Both the position numbers and the translations under genes were made by a program. A DNA stretch of 58,474 nt, counting the filler, from Squatina squatina (lineage: Eukaryota), in NCBI GenBank assembly GCA_031763465.1. It is 3 parts of 3 records of this genome, joined end to end, with 100 filler letters (N's around TTAATTAATTAA, not from the genome) between each part and the next. Parts side by side here need not be neighbours in the genome. Positions count along the whole stretch, not along the records: positions 13,812 to 40,153 come from JARFOE010000120.1; positions 40,254 to 58,474 come from JARFOE010000016.1; 1 more part is not named here. The stretch is one strand, 5' to 3'. Every line of letters begins with the position of its first letter. Positions within the stretch are counted from its first letter, which is position 1. The notes beneath the pieces are model-generated. The model worked only from the letters and a program-made list of their open reading frames with translations, had not been told where the DNA came from and searched no databases. Shown one piece after another: positions 35,764 to 49,519 of this stretch.

Positions 35764-38067
35764 GTTAAAANNNNNNNNNNNNNNNNNNNNNNNNNNNNNN
35801 NNNNNNNNNNNNNNNNNNNNNNNNNNNNNNNNNNNNNNNNNNNNNNNNNNNNNNNNNNNNNNNNNNNNNNCCATTTTCATTGGGTTAGTTTCTTTTTTTA
35901 AAAATATTGCATGTTATTTTACTTGTATCAATTAAGGTAGCAGCCCTTTAATCTCACTGGTTCCACCCTCCAGCCATCCTGATTCCTGGTCAGCTGGAGT
36001 GACGAATGCAATGCTGAGGGCTGGCTCGCTCTATCACTGTAATGTGTGCTGTCTGCCACATGGGGGGTTGGGTAGGAAGGAGCAAAGAGCTGCAGACTGC
36101 TTGCACCTCACGCAGTCAGGCAAAATAGTAGCCCTTACACCACTCCGCTTTGCAATCTATTCTTTATTAACTGTACACACATCCTCCGTGAAATATTTTT
36201 ATTGCGCAATTGTTGAAGGGAAGAAGGTAAAATGACAATAATACCAATTTTACCGCCAACAATACTGGACAGCTCATACAGCTCATTTAAAACACATCAG
36301 TGTTCATCAGCTTTGCCTCTGGGTAGCAGACATGCACTGCATTATGTCAATATGATGTTGTGTACAAAGTAATTTTAAAGCTGAAATTGTTTTATGAACT
36401 GGTAACTAAACTCCCTCCAGCATCTCTGGGTCACTAACATATTTTTACGTGCTTTTCAAGTCTAGCAAAGGCTGCTAATTGCATATGTTTGTGCCAGAGG
36501 AACAACTCTGTTCATTGGAACTTCATTTTACTCTTCCTACTTCATGACTGCTTCCTGCACATTATGTTTATTCATCGCAAAATGCCAAAAACACAAAGAC
36601 CAAAGAATACTTCTGCTTGGAATAATTTATTGCCTCAAGTGAGATCGTATTTAAAAGTAGCCCCTCCCAGGCCCAAAACGACTTGCATTAGANNNNNNNN
36701 NNNNNNNNNNNNNNNNNNNNNNNNNNNNNNNNNNNNNNNNNNNNNNNNNNNNNNNNNNNNNNNNNNNNNNNNNNNNNNNNNNNNNNNNNNNNGTCCACAG
36801 CAGCAACTCATATATCGGAAGCTGATGATTAACATACCATTTATTGAGAGAGAATTTTTATCAATTTTGACAGCTTCATATTACACCGGGAAAAGAGCTC
36901 ATCAAACAATAGCTCTGTCGATTTTTTTTTGCCCACCAGTAACTGAGTAATGGTCTGAAGCTGATTACTTGGAGTCAGACTGCCTTCACTTTCCCACTGC
37001 ATAGTGTGTGCAAATTGACTGTCTCATTAAGAGCCAAGAACTATGCAATGAAGCCAAAACACATGAGGCCCCTTGTGAGTTGTGGTTTGTAATCTCTTGT
37101 CACCATAAACCATCAAAGTTCCAGAGCTTGTGTCAAACCAGTCAAATGCTGAAAAATGAGCAGCCTATGGCTGTAACTAGCTCAGGATTTGATTTCTCTG
37201 ACAGGAGTGAGGATATGGTGAAATTGGTGTGTGTTTTTTTTTATATAGTGTAAACCCACTGCCGCCGCATACTTCCCACAAGCGATTGCCACAACTTCAT
37301 TTTGTGATAAGTTAATGTGCCAAAAATACCAATGTGGGTGCAGTACAGAGTAGTATTGTGAGAATACCAGGTGTAAAGGCGCACTCATTTCCTGGTCTGA
37401 GCTGCCTCAAGCATTTGAACGCCAAGCAGAGGCTGTGCCATCTCCCAGTAGGGGAAGAGGGAAAGAAATTCAGATGAGAGGTGCNNNNNNNNNNNNNNNN
37501 NNNNNNNNNNNNNNNNNNNNNNNNNNNNNNNNNNNNNNNNNNNNNNNNNNNNNNNNNNNNNNNNNNNNNNNNNNNNNNNNNNNNGGGTGGTAAAATGTTA
37601 TTGTTCTATAGAATACGCTCCCCTCCACATTTTCTCTCAAAGGGAGGTCAACTGGCTCCTTGAAAAATGAGCTGGGATAATATCTGGTTATCAACAAAGT
37701 TAAAGGTTAAAGGGAGAAATTAAATAAAGAGCATCAAATATCTGAGGTCAATTTGGGTTCTAGCTCTGCCAGGACTTCAGGAGTGCTACTGGTAGAACGC
37801 ATCTGGTCAGGGTTGAATAATGTGGTCTGTAGAGTTATACTGACATCCAGGTATTTTTGCTCAATTATCAGTTTTCTCTCCTTGACAGTTTCCCTGTGGA
37901 AGCAGAATTTCTTCAGGAGGTTCAAGTTTGGAAGACCCTATAAAAATGCAAATTGTACATGGGCAGATGGAAGGAGCAGTTTTGATGGGCCAAATATACT
38001 CTTCTTGTTGCATGATTTCTTATGTTTTTATGCTTTCAAGCTTCAAAGCACACTCTGTGACTGAAGT

Positions 38068-38511
38068 ATCAGCCTTGGCTTAGTCGTACCACTCTTGCCC
38101 CTGTGTCACGAAGGTTGTGGGTTCAAATCCAGCTCCGGAGACCTGAGCACGTAACCTCGACTGTCACTTTAGTGCAGTATAGAGGGAGTGCTGCATTATC
38201 AGTGGTGCTGTCTCCGTCAAACCAAGGCCCTGGCTGCTTGCTCAGGTGGACAGAAATAATCTCACGGCACTATTTGAAAAAGAGCAGGGAAATTCTCCTT
38301 GTGTCCTGGCCAACACTTATCTCCTCAACCAACACCACCAAAACAGGTTATTTGCTCATTTATCTGATTGCTATTTGTCGAACCTTGCTCTGTGCAAACT
38401 GGCTGTTGAACTTGCCTACTTTTATAACAGTGACTACAGTTAAAAAGTCCTTAAAAGGCTGGGAACCCGTTGAGGATGTGAAAGATGCTAAATAAATGCA
38501 AGTTCTTTCTT
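38068..38511 (+). mobile_element. Full-length DeuSINE (SacSINE1-like tRNA-derived SINE)
   Basis: A box TGGCTTAGTCG (~38076), B box GGTTCAAATCC (~38120), Deu domain GTCCTGGCCAACA..CCTTGCTCTGTGCAAACTGGCTG and L2-type tail ATAAATGCAAGTTCTTTCT. Confidence 0.88.
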
Positions 38512-38871
38512 CCTTCAAAGTGGAAAACAGGCTCTACTCTTTTGCACTGGCACCCTGAGTTTCAAAACTCGAGCAAAAGATATTTTAAAATGATTCGCAC
38601 TTCAATAGCTCATTGAGGGATGACTATTGCGATCAATTTAGAAGTAGCATAAGATTTGAAATGGTCCCAATTTAAATTCAAATAATCACAGTTCAAGGCT
38701 GCCAAGGAGATTTTCTCCACACTGCAATGCGAAATCAACACTTCATATACACAGACCTGCTAGACCATGGAAATGGATACTTCAGATAGACAGTTAGGAA
38801 AAATTGACATACTGCATTCCTTGGCAAGAAAATCAGATTCAGTTTACGTGAAAATCTGCCTAGGGTGACTT

Positions 38872-38994
38872 CCTTGATGGGAAAAAATGCTAAGTTTTAG
38901 AATTTATCAATAAAGTCCTCAGCTATAAGTTCCACAATTTAGTTGGGGAATTGATGCGTGAATTCTAAATCTTAGCATTTTTGCTCCATCAAGG
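38872..38994. repeat. 123-bp imperfect palindrome (long hairpin)
   Basis: Left arm CCTTGATGG-GAAAAAATGCTAAGTTTTAGAATTTA against right-arm reverse complement CCTTGATGGAGCAAAAATGCTAAGATTTAGAATTCA. Inner pair TCCTCAGCTA/TAGTTGGGGA. Confidence 0.85.
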
Positions 38995-40153
38995 TTGTTG
39001 TATTGGCAATAATACACGGAATCGTTGTGGAAATTGCACTGACGGTGTACAATTAAAAACATTTCAATGACAAGAATGCAATTAGTGTGAAAATATAGTA
39101 ATTGAAAATCTCATCTCTCAGAGTAGTCATCATTCATTTTGTTAGCGAAAATACTGCTTGACGGAGGCTGTCCATGTTGAGCCACAAGCCCAGAAAGGAC
39201 CACACAGATAATTTTCCCAGCAGTGGGACTCAATTCAGACGATTCAGCTAGGGGCATGCAAATTCGAATTACATATGCTGATCTTGGTTTACCAACAGTC
39301 AAGGTTGAATTGCATTCAAACACTAGGAATATTTCTGTAAAGCTACATTTTTACTAGCTGAGCAGATGTAAACATTCCCAACAATTTTCTATTTACTAGT
39401 AATCCTTCAAAGTCCTTCTCCCCCTCCGAAAGTATTCCCTCACCACAATAAAAACACAACCTATTACTCAGCCCCTGCTAGTTGATTAGGTTATGTGATT
39501 TGTTGCAACATGTGGTTCGGTATTGCTCTGATATATCAGCATTTTTGTCGCGTCCAGGATTTTTATGCAAAATTGTTGTACTCAAGCTGCAAATCTCAGA
39601 ATGGCTGGCAAGTACAGAAATCTGTGGGGTGCCACGTTAACAGAAACAAGCCTAAAGGATTGGGATTCCTTTTTTAAGATATGTGCAGAGATTAATACTA
39701 TGACATGAACGAAGAGAAAAGCTCACTTGATTGTTCTAGCATCGCATTACCTCTCCATAGGGTTACTTAAGACGATGATTTTCAGTCCTGGGGAAGATGA
39801 TAACTAGTAATTTAATCCAAAGTGTTTCAGGAAATTTGCAGTCAGCTGCAGTGACAGAGATATCTTATTTATCAACTCCACAGCTAGATAAGAGGACAGT
39901 GAGGTCAGCATCGCTGTAAATTTCAAGAGCATAAGCAATGATCATAAACCTCCCTGGCAGCTGCCTTAGTATAAGGAAGATGATGTACTTTTTTTTTATT
40001 TTTGTCCTTCTTTCGAATCATCCTTAAGCCTCACTGGCCATACAGCCTTTTCGCTGCATGTCCCAATCTCACCAATGCTGCATGCTCAGATAGTTGTAGT
40101 CTAGATTACTGACCTGTTTGTTAAGATATCCTCACAGACACAAGATATAGGGG

Positions 40154-40253
40154 NNNNNNNNNNNNNNNNNNNNNNNNNNNNNNNNNNNNNNNNNNNNTTA
40201 ATTAATTAANNNNNNNNNNNNNNNNNNNNNNNNNNNNNNNNNNNNNNNNNNNN
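40154..40253. other. Artificial scaffolding linker: 44 N + TTAATTAATTAA + 44 N
   Basis: 12-mer at 40198-40209 centred in a 100-bp gap, the same as 13712-13811. Confidence 0.93.
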
Positions 40254-43137
40254 CTTCATCCTTGTCCCAGCCTGATTCAAAATGACAGGTTGCAGGAGCA
40301 CTACTGTGAAATTAAACATTTTAAATGTAATTCTCATTTCAACAGAGTTGTCAAAGTTTCATGGACATGTTTGACACAATTACGACAAGCTCATATTTTA
40401 GTATAGCAGCATGTTGTGTGATCAGATTTTCCACAAGTTCACAAAAAGGCATGCTGATTTGTGCTCGGTGTTACGCAATTTCACAATTCTGCTTTATTTG
40501 TTTTGTAAATATATTTTTCCTCTAGCTTAATATTTATAAAGTGAAATAAAATTTGTAATACATCTACATTCAAAGCTGTCTCTCTATGCACCAAGTGGAG
40601 ATGTACCTTCCTTTTCATTTAAACAAAATCAGTTCTTTAGCAGTTTTTGTCCCCAAAGGTTATTTCAAGGTTATGAGAAGATTTCTGAATTTTATTACAT
40701 TTTATGCTCGTAAGTACAATATGTAAGGAATTACCAAAAATCTGTTAAAATAAGAAACACGTTGTGAATTAATGATTTTTTATGTAATACATTTACGTTA
40801 TTTTAATTTTTGGGGGGCATTTATTTGAATAGCTTTGAGTAATTCTTATGTTAATAGATTTATTCTACATTTTGTGAGAAATGGACATGAGAAAAATTAT
40901 CAGAATGAGATTTGTGAACTTTGTTGATAATAACGGACAATTAATTCCTTCGGTTACACACATTTATATAACCTGTCAAATGTTTATGATGGAAGGTCAG
41001 TTGGTATTGACATTTGCATTTATTCAAGCCCTTGAACAATTGCCTCTTCTTTGCAGATAACAAAATTGTTTCTTTTACCTTCAAAAAGTAAATGTTTGTA
41101 TTTCGAGGGCACCAACAAACCAAAAAAACGTATTCTGCACAGAGACTTTGAACACTAAGTCTGATTGTGCATTTTGCAATTTGTTTTCTGCTAGTCACTT
41201 GGAGAGCACCGCCAAAGATCTCAAAGGGTTAAAAAGTAAATTATTTTCTGTTACAATGATGTGATCAAATTCACACAGCAATAAAGATGACCCCATTTTC
41301 TATCTAAAAGTAAGACAGGAGAATTGTATAAACCAAAGAAATGCCATGAATAATTCTTTGTGATTTCTTTTATATTGGCACTCAGTATCTTGCAGTGAAC
41401 CCAGGAGAAGCAGAATAGAGTGAAGCTGGAGCACAGGATATCACTTTCCTAGTTTTTCATTTTTCACTAAGTGATACTGTTTCCTTGAGCAACAAAGAAA
41501 GTATGCTATATAAATATTTTTATGCACAATTTAGAAGCGTCATTAAAAGGGAGAAAGCAACATGGCCAGCGATTACTGCTGCGACTTTAAAGCAATTTTA
41601 CTTACCTTACTTGTCGCTAAATTTTATGAGTACAAAAAGCTAAGGCTTTTTTGAAAAGTAGTTGCACAACCAGTTGAGGCAAATAAATACTAGGCACAGT
41701 TTTAGTGGCGTCAGGTCTACTGGAACTACCAGTATTGTTTTTTTCTTAGACAAAGTGCAACATTTAACAGTATCGATCAATTTTATTAATTACAGAGATT
41801 TTGATCTGAAGGGAAGGGAGATACAGCCAGGGCCCTATTATTTTTGCACCTTTCTTCTCCATTCTTTTCCTTATTTGTAACTACAGTATAGAAAGCAGAT
41901 CTCTAATATTTTTCAATTACTAATTACTAATGCAATTCAATAAATTTAGAGTGTTCCAGTAATTCAAAATGATTTATGACCCATTTCTACAAATGTATAA
42001 ATGAGATTTGAAATTTCAATGCCATTTCACAAATTAGGTGATTAAAAGAGAGAGAAATATGGTGTAATATTGATCTCAATGCTATTTTATTCTGCAATAA
42101 CCATTACACTGTATTGTAAAATTCACATGCCTGGTGCTGTGAGTGTGATTTATATTATTTTTCTATTTGCTTTAACAATAAGTGTTTTGTACATGTATTG
42201 ATCTAACTTTTACAAATTAGGCTTTTTGAAGACTCATTTCACCTTTTCAAATAAACCAATATTTACATTTTAAAAATACAAAGTATAGTTTTCCAAAATG
42301 GAACTGGGAAGAAATGCTATTGGCTCGTCAAACTTTTTCATTCTAATTTTACACCTGCATTTAGTCTAAGATTCGAAAGTATTGTTTCATATCCTGCCAA
42401 CTCGTTTACATCTAAAGGAAATGAAAGATCTTATTTACAACACAACCATGGTTACTCTTAATTAAAATGGTTCTTTTAATTGGTGTAAGAATACGTGTAT
42501 GCAATATCTGTTTGGCTACATGCATGCATATCAGATTTAATTCAAGGTGAAGGATGGCCCAGCAATTTCATCCCTTTAAAACTCTATCTGGTCACAGCCA
42601 GAGAAATGTGATTAAAATAGCTCACACTTATAAAAGTAACTTAATCAGTTCACTGTTGCCATTTTTCTTCTGTCACAATCCCTTACTTAGCTAACCTATA
42701 TTACATATCCCTGATTCAATTCTTCATCACTCTGCTTTTTTCCCCCTCTGAGTGCCTTCATAGAATAAATCAGTCATAGTATAATTCAGTCATAGGATGC
42801 AGCACCGGCCTGTCTGCAGTAGTATATTGAGAGAGCAATAGTTCTCATAAAGTGCTAGGTTGCCATAGGTCAGTCTGCACTTGCCAATCATTCCTACAGT
42901 ATCCAGAGTAACCACTTTCCATCGCAACCCTCTCCATGACACAGGCAGTTCCACAAGAATTTGTGAAATAAAGGAGAAATAATGAAAAAATAAAAGAACA
43001 GATTGGAGAAGGTTGAGCTCATCCATACAATGCTTTGNNNNNNNNNNNNNNNNNNNNNNNNNNNNNNNNNNNNNNNNNNNNNNNNNNNNNNNNNNNNNNN
43101 NNNNNNNNNNNNNNNNNNNNNNNNNNNNNNNNNNNNN

Positions 43138-43628
43138 GGGGGTGAGGCACAGCAAGACTCCGGGCGAGGAGGCAAATAACTGTATTGCGGCTGTTGCACT
43201 CATTTCTTACACTGGCCACAAGAGGTCTGCACAGGGAAGCCTATGTGCCGCCCGACCAACCTGTCGGCAAGAGAAGCTGGGCCCTGAAGAGGTAGGTTCA
43301 TTTAATATTATTTTTCATTAGAAGGCCACAAAGAGCAGGTGTCCTTCTCCAGGCCTCATAAGGAAACCCAGTGGGGGCTTCCCTCCCCCTCCCCGATGCC
43401 CTCCCAACTCCCCTCCCAACCACTTACCTGAGTGCCAGGGACAGTTCCTTTACATCCCTGACCCAAAATCCCTCACTTGTCCACAGGCCAGTTAGCACTT
43501 TCCACTGGTTTCGGACAACAGACCGACTATGCAGATGAGGCCCAGAAGTTAAAATTTCCTGGGCCTAACTCTGTGGAGAGCCTGCTGGTTTGCTGTATGC
43601 CTCGGCACCAGGGAGTTAAAATTGGGGC
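43138..43628. mobile_element. Right part of a degenerate Harbinger-like MITE
   Basis: GC-elevated patch ending GGAGTTAAAATTGGGGC, which resembles the termini of the 51451-52115 element. Confidence 0.5.
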
Positions 43629-44127
43629 TTTCGAGCGGTGCTATTTATTGACTACTGTAACTGAAGAAAAACAAATACATGATATCCGAAAAGAGTTTTG
43701 AAAAAAAACGTGAAATTAGTTTGCTACTGATATCAATATGGCCTGTGAGTCAATTCCACTCAGTTCTAACATGCCAATTTCAATATCACTTAAGGTTCAT
43801 TCATAGAGTCATGTCTCTGCACAGTTTGTGTATTTGTTTTAGCATCAATAACTATAGAACCAGCAAGTAACTATTAGAAGATGAACAACATTCTTGATCT
43901 GAAAAAAAGCAATAAAATGTGGACTGAAAATTACAACAGCTTTGTTTTCATACAGTATGAATTGATAGTTTTGAAAAATCAAAATGCTACTGATATCAAT
44001 TGAAAAAAACTGACAAAGTTCAATGTTTAAACATGACTTTACTATATTTCTCCCGAAGAAGAAAAAGCTCGCTACCAAGATTCTAACTGATGTGCACATT
44101 TCAAATGAATTCATACAACTCAGACAC

Positions 44128-44205
44128 TTCCAGAAAATGCTGGACACACACAACAGGTCTGTCAGGATCAGTGAAGAGAACAGGCACACCCTTCACCAGT
44201 CAGAA
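44128..44205 (-). mobile_element. Degenerate Penelope-like terminal (pLTR) remnant
   Basis: CAGAAAATGCTGGACACACACAACAGGTCTGTCAGGATCAGTGAAGAGA..ACCCTTCACCAG resembles the recalled shark PLE terminal repeat. Confidence 0.45.
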
Positions 44206-47200
44206 GGCAAATCGTTGAATAATAGTGGCATGAAAGGAGGGGGGGAAGAGATACAACTCTCACAAAGAGGGGCGAAATCAGTTAAATGACGAGCAAATCG
44301 TTTGGTGGAAAATGGATCATGTAAAAAATCAACAGTGAAATAGTGAAGAAAGAAAGGATAAAAAGAGCAGACATATGGGGAGGTGGGAAGATACAGGTCC
44401 ATGTACAGTAAACACACATGAAATAATGAAAAAATAAAAGAACAGATTGGAGAAGGTTGAGCTCATCCATACAATGCTTTGTGAGCTAATGTACTGTTGT
44501 GAAAAAAAAACACTCTCTCAAAAATCAGGCTTCAGCTGCTTTCTGGAGGCAGAATGCTTAATGACCCATAATTGCCATTTTGCAAAAGGCTAGTCACTAT
44601 TCTACATTCATGGTATGTACAGTATGCAAATATCTCAATAGGCTGGTACAATCCTCCATTATAGTTCACAATGATCACCAAATTAGCCTTTGGCAGCCGT
44701 TGTAATTGGGAGGTGTTGTCTTGCATCAGGGACCTCACAAAATTTGAAGAATAATGCACTGAGAANNNNNNNNNNNNNNNNNNNNNNNNNNNNNNNNNNN
44801 NNNNNNNNNNNGAGCTACTTCATCACTATAAACAAATCAGCTTTTCTTTGAAAAGCTCTCTAAGGAAACACAGTCACTTTTAAAAGAGGACCAACCAGGG
44901 AAGAATTGAAGCACTTGCCATGGTTTTCTGACTGCACTGCCACACAGTCTCTCCCTGGGATGATCCTGACTTCAGGCTCTTACTGTGTGGCCCATTAACA
45001 GCCACTATTTTCAGCTTTAGTTGATGTTGCCAAGGCTAACTGTACTTAAACTTTGTGTCTGATCAAGTTATGTGTATTGGATCTGAAAACAGTTAGTCAA
45101 TTGTTTCTGGTCCCTAAGTGGTGATTTGTGGTAATGTTTACATCAATACTAACAAAAGGCTTGCTGGGGTACCAAGAGTCTCTATAAGATGAAGGACAGG
45201 GGCTGCCTTTCATCAGTCCTGCTTGCAATAAACACAAGATTTAAAGCCCAAGATGGTTAGTGCATGTAAATGAATGACTTATGGAGATCTCACAGTTGAC
45301 AGTGAAAACCCAAATCTTAGAGCTCCGTTAATAGAAAGCAAGGCAGCTGTGGTTGTGGGGGTGCATTCGGACATATGATAAATGTTTGACAGGCAAAACA
45401 GCACAGAACATCATATTTTCAGATAGGGTTAAAATGTTACACCAGCTGCCTTTTTAACTCACTATTAAATAATGCAAGGATTATATTAAAATATTAAATG
45501 CTGCACCAATATTTATATGTTCACGTGGCATTTTAAAATCGAATTGGAGACTGATTTGAAAAATTCATCTCAAATCTCGTTTGATGTTACTGGTTAAAAT
45601 AATACAGAAAACAATTCTGCAAACTGCAAAATTGTTTATTTTTGTATAATTTTGTCAAAAAAACATTATCAGGTGTGATAATAAATATAATTTGTTTTAG
45701 AAAAATATGAGATTACTCCACTTATCAGATCTAAGATTGCTACAGTTCTTGAGAGGTGTATATTACATATTTATTTTAAAAAGCGCAATCACTACTATCA
45801 GAATTCATTTATCATATATTCTGTGTGCATCAGAGGCCTTCTGACCCCTTCCCCCCAAAAAATCTAAAGCATTACAGTCCATTNNNTATCCATCCTTTGT
45901 TAATCTGCTGGCTTTGACATTGTAATATGTGTAATGAGGGTGTAAGCCTTAAAAGCTTATTTTAATTTTAACGGATAATGCGCAGAAACTGTTCCTCTTG
46001 CATTAACATACGCAAAGAAAACAGGAATTGATATGTAAAATGCAGAATGTGTCGTATGCTCAATGTGTTTATTATACAAACTGACACTCAGAGGCCAAAG
46101 ACAACATGGGAAATGCTGTAGCTGTTCAACTGTATAGTGAAAATTGGCAATCAAAAAAAAATTGCAAAGATGCAGAAATCTCATGGCGTTATGGTGCCTG
46201 CATAACATATACATAATAACAGGAGTGGGAAACGACTGAAATACAGCAGTCTGTCACAGCTCCCGGATGATCTTAAATGCTGATTTTTTTATAACGCGCT
46301 TTGTCTTGCTGACACTCGCCTGCCACAAGCATGTACACAGAAGTAGGTATATCACAGAAAGATTTGCTCATGTAAGATTTGCTTTAATGCATGATGCTTT
46401 ATCTGCTTTACATAGTTATTTCTTTTAATCGTCTTTTGATGGTTATTTAATACTCTCTAAAAATAAAAAATGAGCTGACCTTGTGATAAATCCTTTTGCT
46501 GGCTAAAGTCTGCCTTTTAGAGAAGAAAAAAACTTCACCAATAATCCTGTTTAATAACTGCAATTTATTTTGTGGGAGATTTCAAGAAAGCATCTGCCAT
46601 TAAAACTGTTAGGTGATCAGAAATAATGAATAAATAAAGACAATGCAACTAAACTATGAGGAACAGATGAAAGAAAATTTTTGCTAGTAGTTTTTTTCTT
46701 GATATTCATTACGGCAGCACTAATAATCCAGAATGGCATGTTAAATGTTTTATATTTATACAAGGTCGCTATACTATAAAATGTGTTTGCGTCATTTTTT
46801 TTTAAAAGAGAACATTTTCATCTGTTCATAAAAATTTATGACACTTGGTGAAACAGAGGTTGGTTTTGCTTTTGACAAAGCACCAAACTAGAAATAGGAA
46901 ATGATATCTGGTAAATTGATCATTACTCCTTTTTTTTTTAGCTCCACCAAGAAAGACTCAAACACACTGAAATCATGGGCATGAAATTCTGCTCTTATCT
47001 TGTTCCATACTGCTTACTGACATACTACAAGTCAACATTACACCGAGTATGATTAACAGTCAGCAGTTGCATGCAGAAAACANNNNNNNNNNNNNNNNNN
47101 NNNNNNNNNNNNNNNNNNNNNNNNNNNNNNNNNNNNNNNNNNNNNNNNNNNNNNNNNNNNNNNNNNNNNNNNNNNNNNNNNNNNNNNNNNNNNNNNNNNN

Positions 47201-49054
47201 NNNNNNNNNNNNNNNNNNNNNNNNNNNNNNNNNNNNNNNNNNNNNNNNNNNNNNNNNNNNNNNNNNNNNNNNNNNNNNAGCAATGAGAATCCGTAAATGT
47301 TCATTTGACTGAACGACATGCTTATGAACCCACAGAGCTGATGGAAACCTATCAAAATCCTTAAGAGTACTGTATTGTACTGTGTGTATGTGTGATTGGG
47401 GTGGGGGGGTGTAGGAATTTTGCTGCATATATTAAATAAAATGGGTTTATTCCTCTTGGTCATGTGAAGGTCTGGTGATACAGATAATAACAGTCGGGAA
47501 ACGCGAGGCTTTCTATTATTTGGACACTGGTGATGCACAAGCAGTGGGAAGATTAAATTAAGTATTATATGTGCTGACCCTATTGCCATGGTTACAGGAC
47601 AATGGATAATATTAATCAACCCAAGACTTTTCAGAAATCCTACATGCAAAATGTAACAGTGATGGCAATATTTTATATTAAAATAATTCATGGTAAAAAA
47701 ACACGTTGTATACACAATAGCATAATTAATTTTTGATCTATTCAAAACCAATAATTAAAAAATAAATTGTTTTCTTCCATTCAACATAGATAATGATTCA
47801 CAGTATTATATAAGATGTCATCTCCCCTTCTGTTTTCTTGCATAAAAAAAACCAATGCTAATATCAACCCTGAAGTGGAAGGAGAATATTTTACTGTCAT
47901 TTTTAACAAAAAACACAGCCCTATAAAGGTAACAATAAAAAATATTTTNNNNNNNNNNNNNNNNNNNNNNNNNNNNNNNNNNNNNNNNNNNNNNNNNNNN
48001 NNNNNNNNNNNNNNNNNNNNNNNNNNNNNNNNNNNNNNNNNNNNNNNNNNNNNNNNNNNNNNNNNNNNNNNNNNNNNNNNNNNNCTCTAATAACTTGCAT
48101 ATGTTTGGATCACAGCTGAATTATATGTTGCTGATCACATCATAAGATTTATACATGAAAACACAACTTTAAACCTTGGCAACCAAAGCTTGCCCTTTAA
48201 AATGTGGCTAAAGATTTCTTGCAACGTAAACCAAATAAATCAGCATAAATATGGAAAAGGTAAATACGAACTTATCGTTGCTGCAATAGGATAAAGCACC
48301 CCATTTTCAACAGACTATTTGAAATTCCACAACTAAGTAAACATATTTTGTAAAAAAAATCATTACCTAGCAAAAAGCTGGTTCTTTGCGGTCATTTTTA
48401 TGGTAATAGATCTAAAATATTTGACAGGAAAAGTATTCAACTACTTGCATAGGAAGCACGTCATGAAGAAAGAAGCCTCAGTGTTTCATAATTTTTCATC
48501 AGTCAAGGGAGATGTTTAGGGTGCAACCACAAATAAGAGTAATAAAGGCAACAGAAAACTTTTATTTTGTTACTAAGTATTTATTGGCATTTATTTTGAA
48601 AGAGGTCTTAGGAATGTTTAAACTCACATGGTGCCTTGCCATGAAAACTTAAACAGGTTCACAGTAATGCTCTTTTAACTGTTTATGCAAATAGTATTNN
48701 NNNNNNNNNNNNNNNNNNNNNNNNNNNNNNNNNNNNNNNNNNNNNNNNNNNNNNNNNNNNNNNNNNNNNNNNNNNNNNNNNNNNNNNNNNNNNNNNNNNN
48801 NNNNNNNNNNNNNNNNNNNNNNNNNNNNNNNNNNNNNNNNNNNNNNNNNNNNNNNNNNNNNNNNNNNNNNNNNNNNNNNNNNNNNNNNNNNNNNNNNNNN
48901 NNNNNNNNNNNNNNNNNNNNNNNNNNNNNNNNNNNNNNNNNNNNNNNNNNNNNNNNNNNNNNNNNNNNNNNNNNNNNNNNNNNNNNNNNNNNNNNNNNNN
49001 NNNNNNNNNNNNNNNNNNNNNNNNNNCATAGAAATTTTACTGGAGACCTGGAAT

Positions 49055-49519
49055 ATATTAACTAAAATGGTTCCAGGGATGAGGGATTACAGTTACGTGG
49101 ATTTGGGGTTGCTCTCTTTTGAATAGAGGAGGCCAAGAGGAGATTTCATAGAAGAGTTTAATGTCGTGAACGGTTTAGATAGAGCAAATAAAGAGAAACT
49201 GTTCCCAATGGCTGAAGGGTCCATAATCAGAGGGCACAGATTGAAGGTGCTGGACAGGAGAACCAGAGGCGACATGAGGAAAAACCTTTTTTTAAGCAAC
49301 GAATGGTTAGGATTTGGAATGTGCTGCCTGATAGGGCGGTGGATACAGATTCAATCGGAGCCTTCAAAAGGGGAATTGGATAAATACTTGAAGAGAAAGA
49401 AATTGCAGGGATATGGGGAAAGAGCAGGGGAGTGGGACTAACTGGATTGCTCTTCAAAAGAGCCGACACAGACTAGATGGGCTGAATGGCCTCCTTCTGT
49501 GCTGTACTATTCTATGATT
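49055..49519 (+). mobile_element. CR1 LINE 3' end
   Basis: NGLDRANKEKLFPMAEGSIIRGHRLKV..RGDMRKNLF..ELDKYLKRKKLQGYGERAGEWD*, then GATGGGCTGAATGGCCTCCTTCTGTGCTG..TTCTATGATT tail. Confidence 0.9.

Noticed and set aside
38068-38140. tRNA gene
   Set aside because: The A and B boxes belong to the SINE head; there is no intact cloverleaf and the sequence continues into the Deu domain.
44180-44205. Penelope-associated minimal hammerhead
   Set aside because: The core is mutated (CTGGTGA) and the GAAA half is deleted in this copy.
47053-47751. 232-aa minus-strand ORF
   Set aside because: AT-rich, no domain features, and partly made of N-gap.
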